The notes under the pieces: generated by a model
Seen by the model: only the letters and a program-made list of their open reading frames with translations
Told to the model about the DNA's origin: nothing
Database searches by the model: none
Part shown: one piece after another, positions 61,698 to 64,000 of the stretch
Layout: each line of letters starts with the position of its first letter
How positions within the stretch are numbered: the first letter of the stretch is position 1
Translations under genes and position numbers: made by a program
From: Ruminiclostridium sp.
Lineage (GTDB): Bacteria > Bacillota > Clostridia > Oscillospirales > Ruminococcaceae
Assembly: GCA_017935365.1 (NCBI GenBank)
Contig: JAGBHT010000033.1
Coordinates: 25,697-89,696, forward strand
DNA: 64,000 nt
Reading direction: 5' to 3'

Positions 61698-61877
61698 CAG
61701 CCGCAGAAAAAAGAAATCACGCTCCAAAAGCTGTAATCGTGTAACAATTGTCGGAAAGCAACAAAAAACAATACTATACTTTGTCAATGTTTTTCACACT
61801 TTCGGCTGGACTTTTCGCCATAAGTGTGGTACAATAAAATCAAAGGAAAAGACCTTAAATCGAAAGGAGATGCACAA

Positions 61878-62735
61878 ATGGCAAGAGATATTTTAAAGGC
61901 AAAGCTGGATATAATATTCAAGAAGTTGTTTACGGACGATGGAGATAACGAACTTCTGATAGGACTGCTCGATGCGATACTTGACTTACCGCAGGGCGAA
62001 AAAATAGCTGAAGTTCAGGTAACAAAGAATGAACTTATGCCCGACACTCCCGACGGCAAGGTAAGCAGACTTGATCTTAATGTAAAATTACAGAGCGAAA
62101 ATGACAAGGCAGAAAATAAGTACAGACTTATAAATGTAGAAATACAGCTTAATCAGAGGTCTGACTATGCGGACAGAGCATTATTCTACTGGTCAAGATT
62201 ATTCTCCGGCTCATTAAAATCGGGCGATGCGTACAGTGAACTGCCGGTAACGATTTCGCTTAACATTCTCGGATATTCGATGTTCCCGGACAGAGAAAAA
62301 TATCACTCGGTATATGTACCAAAAGAAGAAAAGTGTAACGATGTATTGACAGATAAGTTCTCATTACAGTTCTTTGAACTTGAAAAGCTCAATCACAGGA
62401 AAACCAATCTTCAGAGTAAAAAAGAACGTTGGTTAAGATTCCTGAACGCAGAAACGGAGGAGGAGCTCGATATGTTAGAAACAGCACAGGATAAAACGCT
62501 TGATAAGGCAATCACAAAGCTGAAATACTTCAGCAAAGATGAACAGCTCAGATTTGATGCAATATCAAGAGAGAAATTCATAAACGACCAGGCAAGCCTT
62601 GAGCGTTCTGCAAAGATTGCAGGAAGAGCTGAGGGAAGAGCCGAAGGCGAAAGAAGAAAAGAAGCTGAAATCCTCGCCAACCTCAAAGCAATGGGCTTAT
62701 CTGAAGAACAGATAAAGCAGGCTCTCGGCAAGTAA
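61878..62735 (+). CDS. Rpn-family recombination-promoting nuclease (PD-(D/E)XK, PDDEXK_2)
   Basis: DIIFKKLF, RLDLNV, INVEIQ, RALFYWSRLF, GRAEGRAEG tail; AAAGGAG RBS before ATG 61878. Confidence 0.88.
   Translation: MARDILKAKLDIIFKKLFTDDGDNELLIGLLDAILDLPQGEKIAEVQVTKNELMPDTPDGKVSRLDLNVKLQSENDKAENKYRLINVEIQLNQRSDYADRALFYWSRLFSGSLKSGDAYSELPVTISLNILGYSMFPDREKYHSVYVPKEEKCNDVLTDKFSLQFFELEKLNHRKTNLQSKKERWLRFLNAETEEELDMLETAQDKTLDKAITKLKYFSKDEQLRFDAISREKFINDQASLERSAKIAGRAEGRAEGERRKEAEILANLKAMGLSEEQIKQALGK
62472..62735 (+). CDS. Candidate nested in-frame small protein (RpnS-like antitoxin, 87 aa)
   Basis: AGGAGG at 62458-62463, 8 nt before an in-frame ATG at 62472. Confidence 0.5.
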   Translation: MLETAQDKTLDKAITKLKYFSKDEQLRFDAISREKFINDQASLERSAKIAGRAEGRAEGERRKEAEILANLKAMGLSEEQIKQALGK

Positions 62736-62770
62736 GAAACAGACCAAATCCCACAAAGGAGGACCCCAAA

Positions 62771-63814
62771 ATGAAACGTAAACGTACCCACACCATACTC
62801 GCAACAATAACCCTTATCAGCGTAATACTGACCAGTGCTTGCACGGCAGGCAATGCAAGCAGCACAACGTCCTCTGCACCCGAAACGGCAGTTACCACAA
62901 CTACCGCTCCGGCAGTAACGGGAACAGTAATGGATAGGATTGACGAGCCGAAAGCAGAAACAACTACTGCTCAGACCGCCGCTACCACAGCTACCACAGC
63001 AGTGACCACTACAAAGCCACAGGAAACAAAAAGTGCTGAAACTACCGCCGCTCAGACAACTACAGCGACTACAACGGCAAAGCCAAAGCCGGCAACGACA
63101 ACAACCACCGCTACAACAAAGCCTGCACCCGAATGGACCGAAAGCAAGGCAAGCGGTACTAAGTATGTCAACACCGACTGCTACAGCCGTAAAAAAGCTG
63201 TACTCGGCGCAGAAACCGTAAAGCTGTACAGCGTGAACGACAAGGTAACAGTGACAGCCAAGACCGATACAGGCTACTTCAAACTTTCTGATGGTAGCTT
63301 TATACACAGCGACTATCTGAGCGACAGCAAAGTAGCTCAGACTACAGCAACAACTACCGCAAAGAAAACGGAAACAACAAAGCCTGCGGCTACCACAAAG
63401 AAGCAGGAGAGCAAGCCTGCTGAAGATAACTGGAGATTTACAAAGCAGGACTGTGAAGATATATTAAAGGCTTGCGAAAAGTACGCAAAGGATAACGGTT
63501 ACGGTTACTGCAAGCCGTCCGACTTTGATACAGTCAAAGGCAAAGTATATCAGCATAGCAGTTGGGCACAAGTATATGCTAATTCTCCTACACCTAATTT
63601 CTTTTATGGATATACAAATACCAAAGAAGGAATGATTAATATACTATGTGGAGATATTCAGCTTAATTATGAAGAGGGTTTAGGTGCAACTTGTGTAGAC
63701 TATTGCCTTGCAAGCGAATATTGCCAATGGGCAAAAGAACACTGGGGTGTAGATATCAGCAATGATACTGCTTGTCAGGATATGACAGCTTATGTATTCT
63801 TCCCTTGCTACTGA
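62771..63814 (+). CDS. Lipoprotein with Thr/Ala-rich linkers, SH3-like domain and unknown C-terminal domain
   Basis: Lipobox TSAC; T/A/K repeats; KYVNTDCYSR...VTVTAKTDTGYFKL..GSFIHSDYL (SH3b-like). Confidence 0.75.
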   Translation: MKRKRTHTILATITLISVILTSACTAGNASSTTSSAPETAVTTTTAPAVTGTVMDRIDEPKAETTTAQTAATTATTAVTTTKPQETKSAETTAAQTTTATTTAKPKPATTTTTATTKPAPEWTESKASGTKYVNTDCYSRKKAVLGAETVKLYSVNDKVTVTAKTDTGYFKLSDGSFIHSDYLSDSKVAQTTATTTAKKTETTKPAATTKKQESKPAEDNWRFTKQDCEDILKACEKYAKDNGYGYCKPSDFDTVKGKVYQHSSWAQVYANSPTPNFFYGYTNTKEGMINILCGDIQLNYEEGLGATCVDYCLASEYCQWAKEHWGVDISNDTACQDMTAYVFFPCY

Positions 63815-63837
63815 TACCAATCACAATTTAATATGCT

Positions 63838-63869
63838 AAGAGCTTTGAAAGTATAAATTCAAGGCTCTT
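63838..63869 (+). terminator. Terminator after the lipoprotein gene
   Basis: AAGAGCTTTGAA-8 nt-TTCAAGGCTCTT followed by a T run. Confidence 0.7.
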
Positions 63870-63905
63870 TTTCTTTTTCTGACAGTCAATTGAATATGAC
63901 AATCC

Positions 63906-63937
63906 AAAGCAGTCCACACCCGTAGGACTGCTTTTTT
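63906..63937 (+). terminator. Second terminator-type hairpin in the leader of the next gene
   Basis: AAAGCAGTCC-9 nt-GGACTGCTTT-TTT, 35 nt before ATG 63973. Confidence 0.65.
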
Positions 63938-63972
63938 ATATATACAAATACAAAACAAGAAAGGAAATCAGT

Positions 63973-64000
63973 ATGAAAAACAGACTCAGAAAAATGTTGA
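63973..64000 (+). CDS. 3'-partial ORF (MKNRLRKML...)
   Basis: AAAGGA RBS and ATG; basic N-terminus compatible with a signal peptide; truncated by the window edge. Confidence 0.5.

Larger units (their letters stand above)
59826..64000. mobile_element. One end of a tRNA-integrated genomic island (degenerate ICE/IME/prophage-like), continuing past the window
   Basis: att fragment, integrase remnant, AT-rich cassette, Rpn nuclease and SH3 lipoprotein. Confidence 0.65.

Noticed and set aside
61878-62735. Rpn gene as an active transposon
   Set aside because: No terminal inverted repeats or target duplications; the family is not shown to transpose despite the 'putative transposase' label.
62411-63307. 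298-aa minus-strand Cys/Gly-rich ORF
   Set aside because: It is the antisense shadow of the Thr/Ala-rich lipoprotein and the Rpn tail; ACN/GCN repeats lack stops on the opposite strand.

Overview
Chromosomal segment of a spore-forming Clostridia bacterium, probably Ruminococcus-like (inferred from gene content: spoVS, spoIIGA-sigE, Thr-rich SH3 lipoproteins). Positions 1-58,100 are mostly core genes: birA, dinB, dnaD-dnaC, recG-DAK2-asp23, ispE, acn-icd-rex, a GHL10/amidase pair, purA, the nusB-xseAB-ispA-dxs-tlyA-nadK-argR-recN cluster, spoIIGA-sigE and a MarR plus heterodimeric ABC exporter. From about 58,120 the sequence becomes AT-rich and accessory. At 59,826-59,848 there is a tRNA 3'-end fragment (probably tRNA-Ser), which looks like an att site, next to a 5'-truncated tyrosine integrase. 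The island that follows runs off the right edge of the window. The most notable observations are: (1) three related GTGCG(A/T)CAC-N-GTG(T/A)CGCAC palindromes, one at the integrase breakpoint and two inside ~50-bp direct repeats flanking a two-gene AT-rich cassette whose second gene has an in-frame stop; (2) an Rpn nuclease gene with a strong internal in-frame RBS+ATG, a candidate intragenic antitoxin; (3) a rid-xre-immA operon divergent from dinB, with face-to-face promoters, repeated operator-like motifs and no LexA box; (4) an orphan HAD+PRT protein resembling dual-domain ribofuranosyltransferases; (5) a tandem pair of M14/AstE paralogues with complementary active-site losses. I found no CRISPR array, rRNA, intact tRNA or IS element. 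All family calls come from recognising motifs by eye, not from database searches.
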